A stretch of DNA of 51,723 bases from Chloroflexia bacterium (GCA_045805005.1 JBJMMB010000340.1:1-51723), one strand, 5' to 3'; shown: positions 27,075-36,478, counted from the first letter of the stretch. Numbers and translations are program-made. Notes: generated by a model not told the origin, from the letters alone.

Positions 27075-27845
27075 TCAGGAGGCGCCAGCTACCCGCGTCC
27101 TCTCCACGACAATCCCCTCCGCTTCGAGCGCGCCTCGCACCCGCGCGGCAATGTCGGCGGCGCCGGGCGTGTCGCCGTGGATGCAAATGGTATCAATGTT
27201 CAACGTCAGCTTACTGCCATCGTAACAGCGCACTGAGCCGCGGGCGAGTTGCACCGCCTGCGCGGCCGCCTCTTCCGGTGACGCGAGCAACGATCCGGGC
27301 CGGCGTCTATCACGCAGTGAGCCATCCGGCTCATAGGCTCTGTCAGCGAAGCCCTCCCGCATGAAGGGGATGCCTTTCTGGTGCGCCGCCTGCTCCAGGC
27401 GGGATGCCGGCAGCCCGACCAGCGGAAGACCAGCGGAAAAAGCAGCCAGAGCGTCCACAACCGCGAGCGCCAGATCCAGGTCGGTGCAGGCGCTGTTGTA
27501 AAGCGCGCCATGGGGCTTGACGTGGCTCAACTCGAGCCCCTCTCCCCTGGCGATCGCCCAGAGCGCGCCTAACTGGAACAAGAGCCTATGAATCAGCTCG
27601 TCGCGGCTGAGGGACATTGGCCGCCTGCCAAAGCCAATGAGGTCCGGGTAGCCCGGGTGGGCTCCCACCTCAACCCCATGCGATCTGGCGAGCCTTACCG
27701 TGGCGGCCATTGTGTCAGGGTCGCCGGCGTGCGCACCGCAAGCGATGTTTGCCGATGTTATGTAGGGCATGATCGCCTCGTCCGCCCCTTTGCGCCAGGT
27801 GCCGAAGCTCTCGCCCATATCGCAGTTGAAGTCTATCGAACTCAC
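27075..27845 (-). CDS. pxpA: 5-oxoprolinase subunit A (LamB/YcsF family)
   Basis: ORF track. MSSIDFNCDMGESFG...ITSANIACGAHAGDP. The GTG start overlaps the stop of the upstream VWA gene (GTGA). Confidence 0.88.
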   Translation of the reverse strand: MSSIDFNCDMGESFGTWRKGADEAIMPYITSANIACGAHAGDPDTMAATVRLARSHGVEVGAHPGYPDLIGFGRRPMSLSRDELIHRLLFQLGALWAIARGEGLELSHVKPHGALYNSACTDLDLALAVVDALAAFSAGLPLVGLPASRLEQAAHQKGIPFMREGFADRAYEPDGSLRDRRRPGSLLASPEEAAAQAVQLARGSVRCYDGSKLTLNIDTICIHGDTPGAADIAARVRGALEAEGIVVERTRVAGAS

Positions 27846-30541
27846 GTGCGGCGCCCCGCAAGGCGCGCCACGGCGGAGCGCATATCGGTCCGCGTGACCG
27901 TCAGGCGCCGTACCGCCACGTCGAGCGGGAAGAGTGCGATAGCCAGGGCCAAGAGCCAGGGCCAGAGGCTGATGGGCCGGGGTTGTGAAGCAATATCGTG
28001 CGTCAGGGCCTCCGCCGGGGCCGAGATTGACAGCGTCTTGCCATGGCCGAGCTGCGCCAGGTCGGAGAGCAGGTTCTTCGCCGCCGTCTCCGCTCCGGAC
28101 TGGAGCCGGTACTCGCTCGGGTATGGGACGACCAGGCCTGTCTGCTGGACGGCCACTAGCTTATCGGTCACGGAGTCACGCTGTTCGACGCGTACCTGGT
28201 AGACACCCTCCGTCAGGTTCTTCACGACCCCAGCGTAGGTGCCAGGTGACTCCTGCACCGGCTTCGATTCTACGGCCGTGCCTTTGGTCCCCGTGACGGT
28301 CACCGACGTATTGAGGAAATTGCGGGGCGCACCGGAATTCTCTTGCGACACGATACGCAGGGCCACGTCGCGGCCGGTGGTAGTCGCCGCTCCCGTGAAT
28401 GAGAAGGCAGTCTCAAGCCCCGGCGAGGCCTCCTGGGGGATGGTCCAGCCCACCAATTGTCCCGCGAATTGCGCGAAGAGGGGCCATTTCACCCAGTCGG
28501 TGGCCCAGCGCCCTTTCACATCGGGCGTCCATGCGACCGAGCGCCCCAGGCCATACTGCCACTGCGCGAGGATGGGGTCGCCCGCCGGCGACTTAATGAT
28601 CAACTCGGCATTCGGTTTCAAGGTGGAGCCGTTATATCCAAGCAGCCTGGGCAGCCCGGCGCTGTCAAGTCCTTTAATAATGGGGCTGGCGCGCGTCATC
28701 TGCGGTTTGAACGGTTGTTCGACGAAGTAGGAGCCGACGACACGTACCGTTTCCTTGAGGAATACGTCCGGGATCGTATTGACGTCCTCGGCAGCGTAGT
28801 ACCTGCCCCCTCCTTTTTCCGCTAACTGGCGCAAAAGGTCGCCGGCGCCCTGCCCCGCACCCACAGTAGAGAGGGTGATGTTCTGGGCATCCATCTCATT
28901 GAGCAGTGCATTGAAGTCGGCCTGGCGAGTCCAGCCGTCGCTGATGAGGATAATGTGCTTGAGCTTCGCGTCGGTCTGCTTGAGTTCGTCCACCGCCGCC
29001 TGGAGGCCTGCGTGCAGGTTGGTGTTCCCCTCGGCGGCGACGGGCTTGAGGTCGGCTTCCAGGCGGCCCTGCCCCAGGTTGCCCATTTGCTGCATCCCAA
29101 CCAGTTCATGCGCCGACTCGTCAAAGCCGACGACTCCCACCTGGTCGGTGGAATTGAGCACGGCCGCTGCCTTAGAGATGGCCTGCTTCACGATCTCCAG
29201 CTTGCTCACGCCAAACTCGGTGCGCATCGCGGGATTGAACTGCTGGGCGTTGCCGCAGTGACAGCGGCCCATACTTCCCGATTTGTCGGCGACGAACGTC
29301 ATGGCGAGGGAGGCTCGCTCCTCGCTGGTGCGCACGTCCATTGTTACCGGCAACGCCTCCTCGACCGGGGTCCGCAGGTAGCCTCCCGCCCCATAGCTGG
29401 CATCGCCCCCCAGCATGATGAGGCCGTGGCCGAGGTCGCGCACGAAGCGTTGGAGGGCTTGCTGGCCCTCGACACCTATCGACTCAGCCGAGGCGTTGCC
29501 GAGCACCACGGCGTCGTAAGGGCTGAGTGTTTCGTCGGCGGTGGGCATCAAGTCGGGGGACACAACCTTGGCCTGTACGTGGCTGGCTTGCAGCGCGGTC
29601 TTTAAAGTCGTTGCGTCGGCGGGACTGCCCGCCACTATTAGCACCGTGGGCGGCTTTCTGACCATCGTGAACGCAGCGGCCTCGTTGTTTTCGGGGTGGA
29701 GATCGTCAACCGACGTCACCCGCGCTTTCAGCACATGGAACCCCTCCTGCGTAGGCCTAACTGTGAAGCTCAGGGCGTTGTCGCCGGCTTTTAGCTGCAC
29801 GTCCTTCTGGCCTGCCGGCTGGTCATTGTCAAATAGACTTACGGTGGCCGCGCGGTCCGAGGTGGTCCTCACCACGGCCCGCGCCTCGAACTCCTGCCCC
29901 GCGGGTACGGTATCCGGCGCCATCACCCTGTCGACCGCCACCTCGTTCTGCGCACCGGCGGTGAGGGGCACAACCGAGAGTTGCACGCCCGATTGGGCGG
30001 CCAGCCGAGCCTGCTCTGCGGCATTACCGGCGGTCTCCGCGCCATCGCTCAGCAGCACCAACCGCCTGGAGCCGCCCTCTGAAAAGAGGGCAAGGCCCGC
30101 CTGGATTGCGTCGCCGATATTGGTGGCCGTGACCGCCGGCTTGGTACCGAATGGCTTTAGATCACGGTCACCTGCCAGGGCCCGCGCTACCACAGCGCGC
30201 TCTCCGAATAGCACCACCGCGGCCCGGTCGTCGGGTCCCAGGTGCGCTATGGCGTCCTGCACGTACTTGATGGCCGTCGCCTGCGTGGCCTCGCTCACGC
30301 TGGACGATTCGTCAACCAGGAATACCACGCTCAGGGGGCCGCCCGCCGATACAAACTGGAGCCCGGCTAGAGCCAACACCAGCAGGGCCAGCACCAGAGA
30401 CCGTATCACGATGCTCACACGGATTCGCATGGCGTCCCGGGGCCGCGCTCGAGCCCCAAGCAGGCCCAGGAACACGACCACAGGGATGGTGAGTAGCAGG
30501 ATGAGAGCTTTTGGCTCTGACAGTTGCAGCGGTAGGTTCAA
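27842..30541 (-). CDS. membrane protein with two VWA (MIDAS) domains, each followed by a GATase1-like module; TM segments at both ends
   Basis: ORF track, TTG start. MIDAS motifs are LVDESSS and VADKSGS. Also LLSDGAETAG and ILISDGWT. N-terminal TM IPVVVFLGLLGA and SLVLALLVLALAGL; C-terminal TM LWPWLLALAIALFPL. Confidence 0.8.
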   Translation of the reverse strand: MNLPLQLSEPKALILLLTIPVVVFLGLLGARARPRDAMRIRVSIVIRSLVLALLVLALAGLQFVSAGGPLSVVFLVDESSSVSEATQATAIKYVQDAIAHLGPDDRAAVVLFGERAVVARALAGDRDLKPFGTKPAVTATNIGDAIQAGLALFSEGGSRRLVLLSDGAETAGNAAEQARLAAQSGVQLSVVPLTAGAQNEVAVDRVMAPDTVPAGQEFEARAVVRTTSDRAATVSLFDNDQPAGQKDVQLKAGDNALSFTVRPTQEGFHVLKARVTSVDDLHPENNEAAAFTMVRKPPTVLIVAGSPADATTLKTALQASHVQAKVVSPDLMPTADETLSPYDAVVLGNASAESIGVEGQQALQRFVRDLGHGLIMLGGDASYGAGGYLRTPVEEALPVTMDVRTSEERASLAMTFVADKSGSMGRCHCGNAQQFNPAMRTEFGVSKLEIVKQAISKAAAVLNSTDQVGVVGFDESAHELVGMQQMGNLGQGRLEADLKPVAAEGNTNLHAGLQAAVDELKQTDAKLKHIILISDGWTRQADFNALLNEMDAQNITLSTVGAGQGAGDLLRQLAEKGGGRYYAAEDVNTIPDVFLKETVRVVGSYFVEQPFKPQMTRASPIIKGLDSAGLPRLLGYNGSTLKPNAELIIKSPAGDPILAQWQYGLGRSVAWTPDVKGRWATDWVKWPLFAQFAGQLVGWTIPQEASPGLETAFSFTGAATTTGRDVALRIVSQENSGAPRNFLNTSVTVTGTKGTAVESKPVQESPGTYAGVVKNLTEGVYQVRVEQRDSVTDKLVAVQQTGLVVPYPSEYRLQSGAETAAKNLLSDLAQLGHGKTLSISAPAEALTHDIASQPRPISLWPWLLALAIALFPLDVAVRRLTVTRTDMRSAVARLAGRRT

Positions 30542-30571
30542 TGTTTCTCAGCCTTGTTCACGCTTCATGCC

Positions 30572-32596
30572 TCATGTTTCTCGGCTCACGCCGCGCCGGG
30601 TTTGCCACTCTGTCACGGCGCGCCGGATGGCGATGCGTTGCGCATAGGTCCATTCCACGAGTAGAATCAGGAATCCCCCAAGCGCCACCAGGGGCCACGC
30701 TTCGCGCTTGAATGTCTCCTGTGCTGCGGCTGCCGGCGCGGAACCAGAGGGCGCCGAAGCTACCACCGGCAGGTCTGGGCTGCGCACGGGCAGCGCCGTG
30801 CTCTCTTCTCGCGAGAGGAAGTTGACGGCGAACGCCTCCTGGCCCAGCAGGGGGGCAACCTCCTTTCCGCCGGTGCCATTGCCGTAATAGCTGACATAGT
30901 AGACACCAGGTTGCTCCGTCTCGGCAAAGGCCACCCGTGTTGTGCCGGTGACGACAGGGTAGCTCCAATCTTTTGCGGCGGGATCCTCCACCGTTATGCT
31001 CGCCACTCCGGCGCTGGGCGGGTCGATGCCCACGGAAGTCCCCGGATCGACCACCGCCGGCAGCCCACCGGCGGGTACGGGCAGGAGCGAGGTCACCAGG
31101 TTGCGCACGAGCATGGGAAAAGCGGTCTGCAATGCCAGATCGCTATCGTGGAGGTCGAAGGCCACTACTGCCACCTTCCTGGCGCTCTCGTCCCCGATGA
31201 CTAGCAGAGGGCCTTTGTCGCTGGAGAGAACGACCCTCCCCCATTTCGGAGTCTCGACCTGTGCGGCGCTCGCGATGTGGACTTGCGAGAGATCCACATA
31301 GCGCAGCAGGGGATCGGTCGGTACAGCGGCAGGATCGCCAGCCACCGAATCGACCGTGGAGAACGAGCCGGTGCTGGGGATTGGGTCCGTTATCACACCA
31401 GTGACGCTGATGACCGGATTGGCAGCCGGTGGATCGATGAGCAGGATGTTGCCCACAGGCAGCGCGCTCAGCAGGGTACCCGTGATGCCGGCATCGAATA
31501 TGGTAAGGTCCACGGGAGCGCCGTCCACCTTGCCCGCAGGCTTGTACTCACCCGGCGCGACTTTGTACAGGTTCACGGTCGGGAGGAGCGAAAGCGCCAA
31601 CTCGAGAAACGTGTTGCCGGGCGTAACCAGCAGCACGTTAGCCGGGGCGCTCGAGCGGTTGACAACCCACGCCGTATCGTCCAGTGCGACGTCGTCCTCG
31701 CCGGCGAGGGCGGCTTGCACCACTCGGGCGCCTATGGGCAAGTCGTCAAGCACCAGTTCCTGGGTGGCGTCCGGGGGGATTGTCAGGGTGCGCGCGGCCC
31801 AGGGTGAGTCATCCACCGTCAGGTCAAGGCGGCGGGTTACAGTCACGTCCTCGGAGTTAGCAATCTGCACGAATAGTTGGAGGCTGCCCGCCTGCTGCTG
31901 GAGAGACAGAGCCGTAACCGCCTGGTTCTGGAGGCCGGAGCCGAAGGGCACGAACCGGAGATCGGCCTGCAACGGCTCGACGCGGTCTTTGAGCGACGGG
32001 AAAGCCCCGTCGGACAGTACCCACGCGACGCTGTTGTCCTGGCGGGCCGCCGTGGCCCCGGCCAGCTTGAGGGCCTCCGTCATGTCGGTGCCGCGCGCCT
32101 CGGGCTTCAGGGCGTTGATGGCATTGCGCAACCTTGCCCGGTCACCGGTGGCCGGCACGACTACCGAGGCATGCTCGTCCGAGGAGATCAGCGTGGCGGT
32201 GCCGTCCTGCGGCAGATTGTCGACGATGTCAATTGCCTTGGCGCGCGCGGCGTCGAGCCGGGTCTTATCTCGCCGGCCCGGCTCGGCCGGAGCCGACATG
32301 CTGGCCGACACATCCACCACGATGATGGCGTGCTGGCCGATGCGCTCACTTGAGGGGAGCCACGGGCGAGCTAGCGCGAGCACCATGAGCAGCAAGGCCA
32401 CCAACTGTAAGAGCAGCAACATCGATACGCGCAGCCGCTGCCACAGTGAGTTGGCCTCGCGGTCGCGAGTGAGGGAGTCCCAGAGGTGCAGGCTGCCGAC
32501 GGGCGCCATGGGACGGCGCAGTTTCAGGAGGTAGAGGGCCAGGATGATGCCGAGCAGCGGCAGCGCTACCAGCCCCAGAGGCGCTAGGAACCCCAT
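30572..32596 (-). CDS. BatA_N (aerotolerance-regulator N-terminal) plus VWA domain membrane protein
   Basis: ORF track. MGFLAPLGLVALPLLGIILALYLLKLRRPMAPVGSLHLWD is the BatA_N signature. MIDAS motif VVDVSAS. C-terminal TM WPLVALGGFLILLVEW. Confidence 0.8.
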   Translation of the reverse strand: MGFLAPLGLVALPLLGIILALYLLKLRRPMAPVGSLHLWDSLTRDREANSLWQRLRVSMLLLLQLVALLLMVLALARPWLPSSERIGQHAIIVVDVSASMSAPAEPGRRDKTRLDAARAKAIDIVDNLPQDGTATLISSDEHASVVVPATGDRARLRNAINALKPEARGTDMTEALKLAGATAARQDNSVAWVLSDGAFPSLKDRVEPLQADLRFVPFGSGLQNQAVTALSLQQQAGSLQLFVQIANSEDVTVTRRLDLTVDDSPWAARTLTIPPDATQELVLDDLPIGARVVQAALAGEDDVALDDTAWVVNRSSAPANVLLVTPGNTFLELALSLLPTVNLYKVAPGEYKPAGKVDGAPVDLTIFDAGITGTLLSALPVGNILLIDPPAANPVISVTGVITDPIPSTGSFSTVDSVAGDPAAVPTDPLLRYVDLSQVHIASAAQVETPKWGRVVLSSDKGPLLVIGDESARKVAVVAFDLHDSDLALQTAFPMLVRNLVTSLLPVPAGGLPAVVDPGTSVGIDPPSAGVASITVEDPAAKDWSYPVVTGTTRVAFAETEQPGVYYVSYYGNGTGGKEVAPLLGQEAFAVNFLSREESTALPVRSPDLPVVASAPSGSAPAAAAQETFKREAWPLVALGGFLILLVEWTYAQRIAIRRAVTEWQTRRGVSRET

Positions 32597-32626
32597 AGTT
32601 ACCGCCTCTCCTCCACCGCCGCCATG

Positions 32627-33673
32627 CTATCCAGCGTCCTCTGCGGTCTGGTCGAGAACCTCGGCGATAATGGCATCCGGGCTGATGCCCTCGGCCTCGC
32701 CGTCGAAGTTAAGGATGAGGCGGTGGCGCAGGGCCGGCACCGCTGCAGTGCGCACGTCGCGAAACGCCACGTTATACCTGCCGTCAAGCAGGGCCATGAT
32801 TTTCCCCCCGAGTATCATCGCCTGCAACGCCCTGGGTGAGCCACCGTACCGGACGTATCGCCGGGTCATGGGCACGGCTTCCGGATTGTCGGGGTGAGTG
32901 GCGCGCAAGAGGCGGGCGGCGTAGGTGGTCACGTGGGTGGCGATGGGTGTCTGGCGGGCGAGGTGCTGCATTGCCTGGACTTCGGCCCCCGTGGCCGCAG
33001 ACCTGACTGTGATGTCCTGACCTGAGGTGGTGCGGTCCGATATTGCCACCAACTCAGCGGCGGTAGGGAAAGGCACGTTCAGCTTGAAGAAGAATCTATC
33101 GAGCTGGGCCTCGGGGAGTGGGTAGGTACCCTCCATCTCCAGAGGGTTCTGGGTCGCCAGCACGAAGAAGGGTTTGGGGAGGTCGTAAATCGTGCGGGCC
33201 ACGGACACAGTGCCCTCTTGCATGGCCTCGAGGAGGGCCGATTGGGTCTTGGGGGTGGCCCTGTTGATTTCATCGGCCAGGAGAAGGTTGGCGAACACGG
33301 GACCCTTCTGGAACTGAAAGCGCCGCCCACCGGCCTCGTCCTCGACCAGGATGTTGGTGCCAATAATGTCCGCGGGCATCAGGTCCGGGGTGAACTGGAT
33401 GCGGCTGAATTCGCAATCGATGGCGTCGGCCAGGGTGCGGACGAGCACCGTCTTGCCGAGGCCGGGCACGCCCTCCAATAGGGCATTCCCGCCCGCGAGC
33501 ATGCAGACGAGCACCTGGTGGATGATGTTCCTCTGACCCACAATGACCTTGCCGATCTCCGTCTCGATGCGGATGGCCCTATCGCGGAACGCCTCGGCGC
33601 TCAGGGCTACTCCCGTACTCGCGTCCGCGCCATCCTGCTGCTCGCGTTGCTTTTCCGATGGGCTAATTGCCAC
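32627..33673 (-). CDS. MoxR-family AAA+ ATPase
   Basis: ORF track. Walker A EGVPGLGKT, Walker B LLADEINRA, typical length of about 330 aa. FTPDLMPADIIG and TQNPLEMEGTYPLPEAQLDRF are MoxR hallmarks. Confidence 0.9.
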   Translation of the reverse strand: MAISPSEKQREQQDGADASTGVALSAEAFRDRAIRIETEIGKVIVGQRNIIHQVLVCMLAGGNALLEGVPGLGKTVLVRTLADAIDCEFSRIQFTPDLMPADIIGTNILVEDEAGGRRFQFQKGPVFANLLLADEINRATPKTQSALLEAMQEGTVSVARTIYDLPKPFFVLATQNPLEMEGTYPLPEAQLDRFFFKLNVPFPTAAELVAISDRTTSGQDITVRSAATGAEVQAMQHLARQTPIATHVTTYAARLLRATHPDNPEAVPMTRRYVRYGGSPRALQAMILGGKIMALLDGRYNVAFRDVRTAAVPALRHRLILNFDGEAEGISPDAIIAEVLDQTAEDAG

Positions 33674-33700
33674 AGACTACTCCTCAAAAGTTGGTGGTTG

Positions 33701-35662
33701 TTACTTTGTCTGCTTACCGAGCTCGGTAAAGTACTCTTTCACGTACTCCTTGGCATCAGGGGGCACGTAAGTGCGCTCGAGGGCCTGGGTCGCCTGGTCG
33801 GCGTAGCGGCCGAGCACCTCGTTGTAGGGTGTGCGGATCTGGGTGAGCTGCCCAAGCCCCGGTCCGGCATGCGAGGAGCCCTCGGACGAGCCCTCCCCCA
33901 CGCGGCCCCCAACAGCGTCAGTGCCCGCGCTGGGCGGCGCGAACTGACCTGACGTGCCGGTTGCCTCTCCGGGGGCCCCCTGCGCGGGCACGAAAATCTT
34001 GTCGCCCTGGGGAGCGCCCGATGAAGTCTGTGCAGATGAGGCGGTGCCTACGCCGGTCCCCGCCGCGTCGCTCCCGCTACCGGACGCACCGCCCACCCGC
34101 ACGGGTCCGCGGATTGCCCCCTGCACCGAACCCTGCCCGGACGGGCTGCCCCCGCCCGCACCGGACCCCGGTCCGCCGCTAGTGCCCGAACCGTTACCTG
34201 GCTGCGGATAGCCGCCGGCTCCGGCCGTTGTGGACCCGCCCCCGCTACTCTGTTGGAGCGTGCCCGGTCCCGGCCCGGCGGACGAGCCAAGGGCCGGCTG
34301 GTTCTGGCCTATGTTGGGGCTGTTACCGGCGGCGTCCTGCTGGCCGGAGGCGGACGCGTCGGAGCCGTCGCCGGTGCCGGGTTGCTGTGGTGCCGAACGG
34401 CGGAAGCCGACCTGACCACGCTTCGCAGCAGTTGTCGTGCCGGCCCTGGCGATGGTCTGGCGGCCATCGTCCAGTTTGGACAGAGTGCCCTCGAGGGCCT
34501 GAGCTACCTGCTGCTCCTTCTCGGAGGCGCGCAAGCGGGTTGAAGCATTGGAGAGGGCCTCGGAGGCTTTGGCTTCGTCCTTACTGCGGACTGCATTGGC
34601 CGCGTCGGTCAGGTTCTGAGCCAGGGCCGGGTCCTTGTCAGCGGCGAGGGCCGCGGCCCGGTCGAGGGCGCTGGACATGACGCGGGACTGCACAGTGGAT
34701 AGCTGGTTGACATAGGGCTTGAGGTAATTGGCGGCGTCGGAGGCCAGGCCGAGGTCGGTGGTCTCTTTCGTGGACGCGGGGTCCCACTCGGTAACGCCCG
34801 CTACTCCCGACTCTATTTGTTGCGCCGCCCGCGCCAGCCCCTCGAAATCGGAAGCCGCGGCGGGCAATAGCTGGCGGAGTTTGTCTTCTGACGCCGCAAT
34901 TTCCGCGAGGGCCTGCGACCGGTCCTGCCCGGAGGCGCGGAGGCGTGCCTCCAGCCGGTCCAACTCGGCGGCTATTGTACTCTTGAGGCTATCGGGCACG
35001 TCGGCACGCTTCACCAGCTCGGCGTGTAGATCGGCGACGCGCTTGGCCTGGGAGTCCAGGGCCGAGCGGATGGCATTGCGCTCGGTCTTCAGGCCAGCCA
35101 CGGGGCTTGGCATGACGATAGCACCCGCAAGCAGGAGAACCGCGCCGAGGAGGGCCAGGAGCGGCGCAGCCTTTCGAGAACGTGGCCCCTGCTGCCTGGA
35201 AGCGGTGGGTAGCAGGTAGAGGCGCTGCTGGACCAGCTCAACAGTGTCGGCATACAGGCTTTGGGCAAAGGCCGGAGCCAGGCCGGACCGTGAGCCAAGC
35301 CAGGTGCGCCCCCCGACTTCGAGGCAAGTCAGGACGCGCTCGTCAAGTTCGAGGGCTGCGTCGAGGAAGCGGGCGCACCTGGCTCGGGTTATGGGCTTCC
35401 TCGAGAGCCAAAAGGTGAGGAGCGGGAGCCATAGGATTGGTGCAAGCAGCACGGGCCACCAGGGGAGATCCAGCAGCGAGAATCTTATGAGTGCCACCCA
35501 GAACGCGGCGAGGAGCAGTGGGATGGAACAGGTAAGAAGAATGTACCGAGCAGTGCGCTTGCGGCTCAGGTGACGGTGCGCCAGCTTGAGCGCCCGCTCA
35601 AGTTCGGCGCGGTAGTCTCTACCGCCCGCGGCTGCTTGCTGGTTGCGTTGTCGAGCCGGCAT
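33701..35662 (-). CDS. membrane protein with a long coiled-coil and a Gly/Ser-rich disordered region (DUF4175-like architecture)
   Basis: The ORF track gives 33701..35668 (GTG). ATG 35662 is better placed, 5 nt after GGAGG. Two or three N-terminal TM segments, Ala/Leu/Glu-rich heptad-like middle, about 200 aa of G/S/A/T/P-rich sequence, and a conserved-looking tail PYNEVLGRYADQATQALERTYVPPDAKEYVKEYFTELG. Confidence 0.65.
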   Translation of the reverse strand: MPARQRNQQAAAGGRDYRAELERALKLAHRHLSRKRTARYILLTCSIPLLLAAFWVALIRFSLLDLPWWPVLLAPILWLPLLTFWLSRKPITRARCARFLDAALELDERVLTCLEVGGRTWLGSRSGLAPAFAQSLYADTVELVQQRLYLLPTASRQQGPRSRKAAPLLALLGAVLLLAGAIVMPSPVAGLKTERNAIRSALDSQAKRVADLHAELVKRADVPDSLKSTIAAELDRLEARLRASGQDRSQALAEIAASEDKLRQLLPAAASDFEGLARAAQQIESGVAGVTEWDPASTKETTDLGLASDAANYLKPYVNQLSTVQSRVMSSALDRAAALAADKDPALAQNLTDAANAVRSKDEAKASEALSNASTRLRASEKEQQVAQALEGTLSKLDDGRQTIARAGTTTAAKRGQVGFRRSAPQQPGTGDGSDASASGQQDAAGNSPNIGQNQPALGSSAGPGPGTLQQSSGGGSTTAGAGGYPQPGNGSGTSGGPGSGAGGGSPSGQGSVQGAIRGPVRVGGASGSGSDAAGTGVGTASSAQTSSGAPQGDKIFVPAQGAPGEATGTSGQFAPPSAGTDAVGGRVGEGSSEGSSHAGPGLGQLTQIRTPYNEVLGRYADQATQALERTYVPPDAKEYVKEYFTELGKQTK

Positions 35663-35810
35663 CGCCACCTCCGCTTGGCTGCCATACAGGGTTCCGCGGT
35701 TCAGGGGTTTACCTCTATATTATAATAGACCCCACCGCCCGAGGGGTAGAGGCAGACCCAGGAGGTCCCCCAAGGCGCGTCTGCCGCAAACGCGCTCAAA
35801 TACCACGACC

Positions 35811-35826
35811 GACAGGTTGACCTGTC
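35811..35826. promoter_or_regulatory. 7-2-7 inverted repeat GACAGGT-TG-ACCTGTC, possible operator
   Basis: Perfect 7-nt arms, in the 285-nt gap between the tatA stop and the MoxR-operon start. Confidence 0.2.
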
Positions 35827-35947
35827 TTAACTATTAACAGCAGCCAACGGAAAATGGTTCCCGCGGGGCGAGAATGGCCGGGTGCCCAAGCAAAGTAGGT
35901 CGTTAGGAGTAGACGAAAGTCGGTAGTACACGAACACTGCAAGCTGA

Positions 35948-36478
35948 CTACTGCTGGCTGCCGGCCGCCTGCGCCCCTGGGTCGTTCTCGGATGGCACCG
36001 GTTCGATCCGTGGCGGTTCGGGGTAATCCAGGTCCTCAAGCTCCCCGAGTGGTGCCGTGGGCTCACCGGCCAGCGTGGAGTGAGGCATGGGGTAGGCAAG
36101 GTCTGCCGGGTCGCCTGGGGGCACATCCGAGCTACCATTTGAGTGGACAGCGTCGAGCTGTGCTAGTTCGGTCCGCTTCCACTCGGGTATCTCACCGGTC
36201 GCGAAGAATCGGTCGCGCTCCTCCGGGGACAACCCCTCGGCTATTGGGTGCACGGTCCACGGATTGCCCGTCGCTTCGCCCGCGACCGTCGTGACCGCCG
36301 AGATCTCCCTCGAAACCTCTGCCCAGGCATTGCGGGCCGGCTCGATGGCTCTGCGGAAGTCCGCGACCCCCTTGCCCAGCGTCCGCGCCGCTTCAGGCAG
36401 GCGGTCAGGCCCCAGTACGATGAGCGCCACAATGGCAATCACAAGCATCTCAGGCAACCCTACGCCGAATATCTCCAA
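35948..36478 (-). CDS. tatA: TatA/TatE-family twin-arginine translocase subunit with a long acidic/Pro-rich C-terminal extension
   Basis: The ORF track gives 35948..36574. The conserved core (M)EIFGVGLPEMLVIAIVALIVLGPDRLPEAARTLGKGVADFRRAI begins at TTG 36478, preceded by GAAGGA. The upstream codons overlap the end of cutA and are Arg/Pro-rich. Confidence 0.8.
   Translation of the reverse strand: MEIFGVGLPEMLVIAIVALIVLGPDRLPEAARTLGKGVADFRRAIEPARNAWAEVSREISAVTTVAGEATGNPWTVHPIAEGLSPEERDRFFATGEIPEWKRTELAQLDAVHSNGSSDVPPGDPADLAYPMPHSTLAGEPTAPLGELEDLDYPEPPRIEPVPSENDPGAQAAGSQQ

Noticed and set aside
30556-30576. Degenerate 7-nt periodicity (GTTCACG CTTCATG CCTCATG) between the two VWA genes, and GTAG-phased heptamers at 35895-35929.
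   Set aside because: There are only 3-5 poorly matching units and no inverted partner. These are mentioned as possible decayed family members but are not strong enough to call as features.
35719-35726. A TATAAT box on both strands (TATATTATAATA palindrome) as the MoxR-operon promoter.
   Set aside because: No acceptable -35 or extended -10 element on either strand at 16-19 nt spacing. The operon's promoter remains unassigned.
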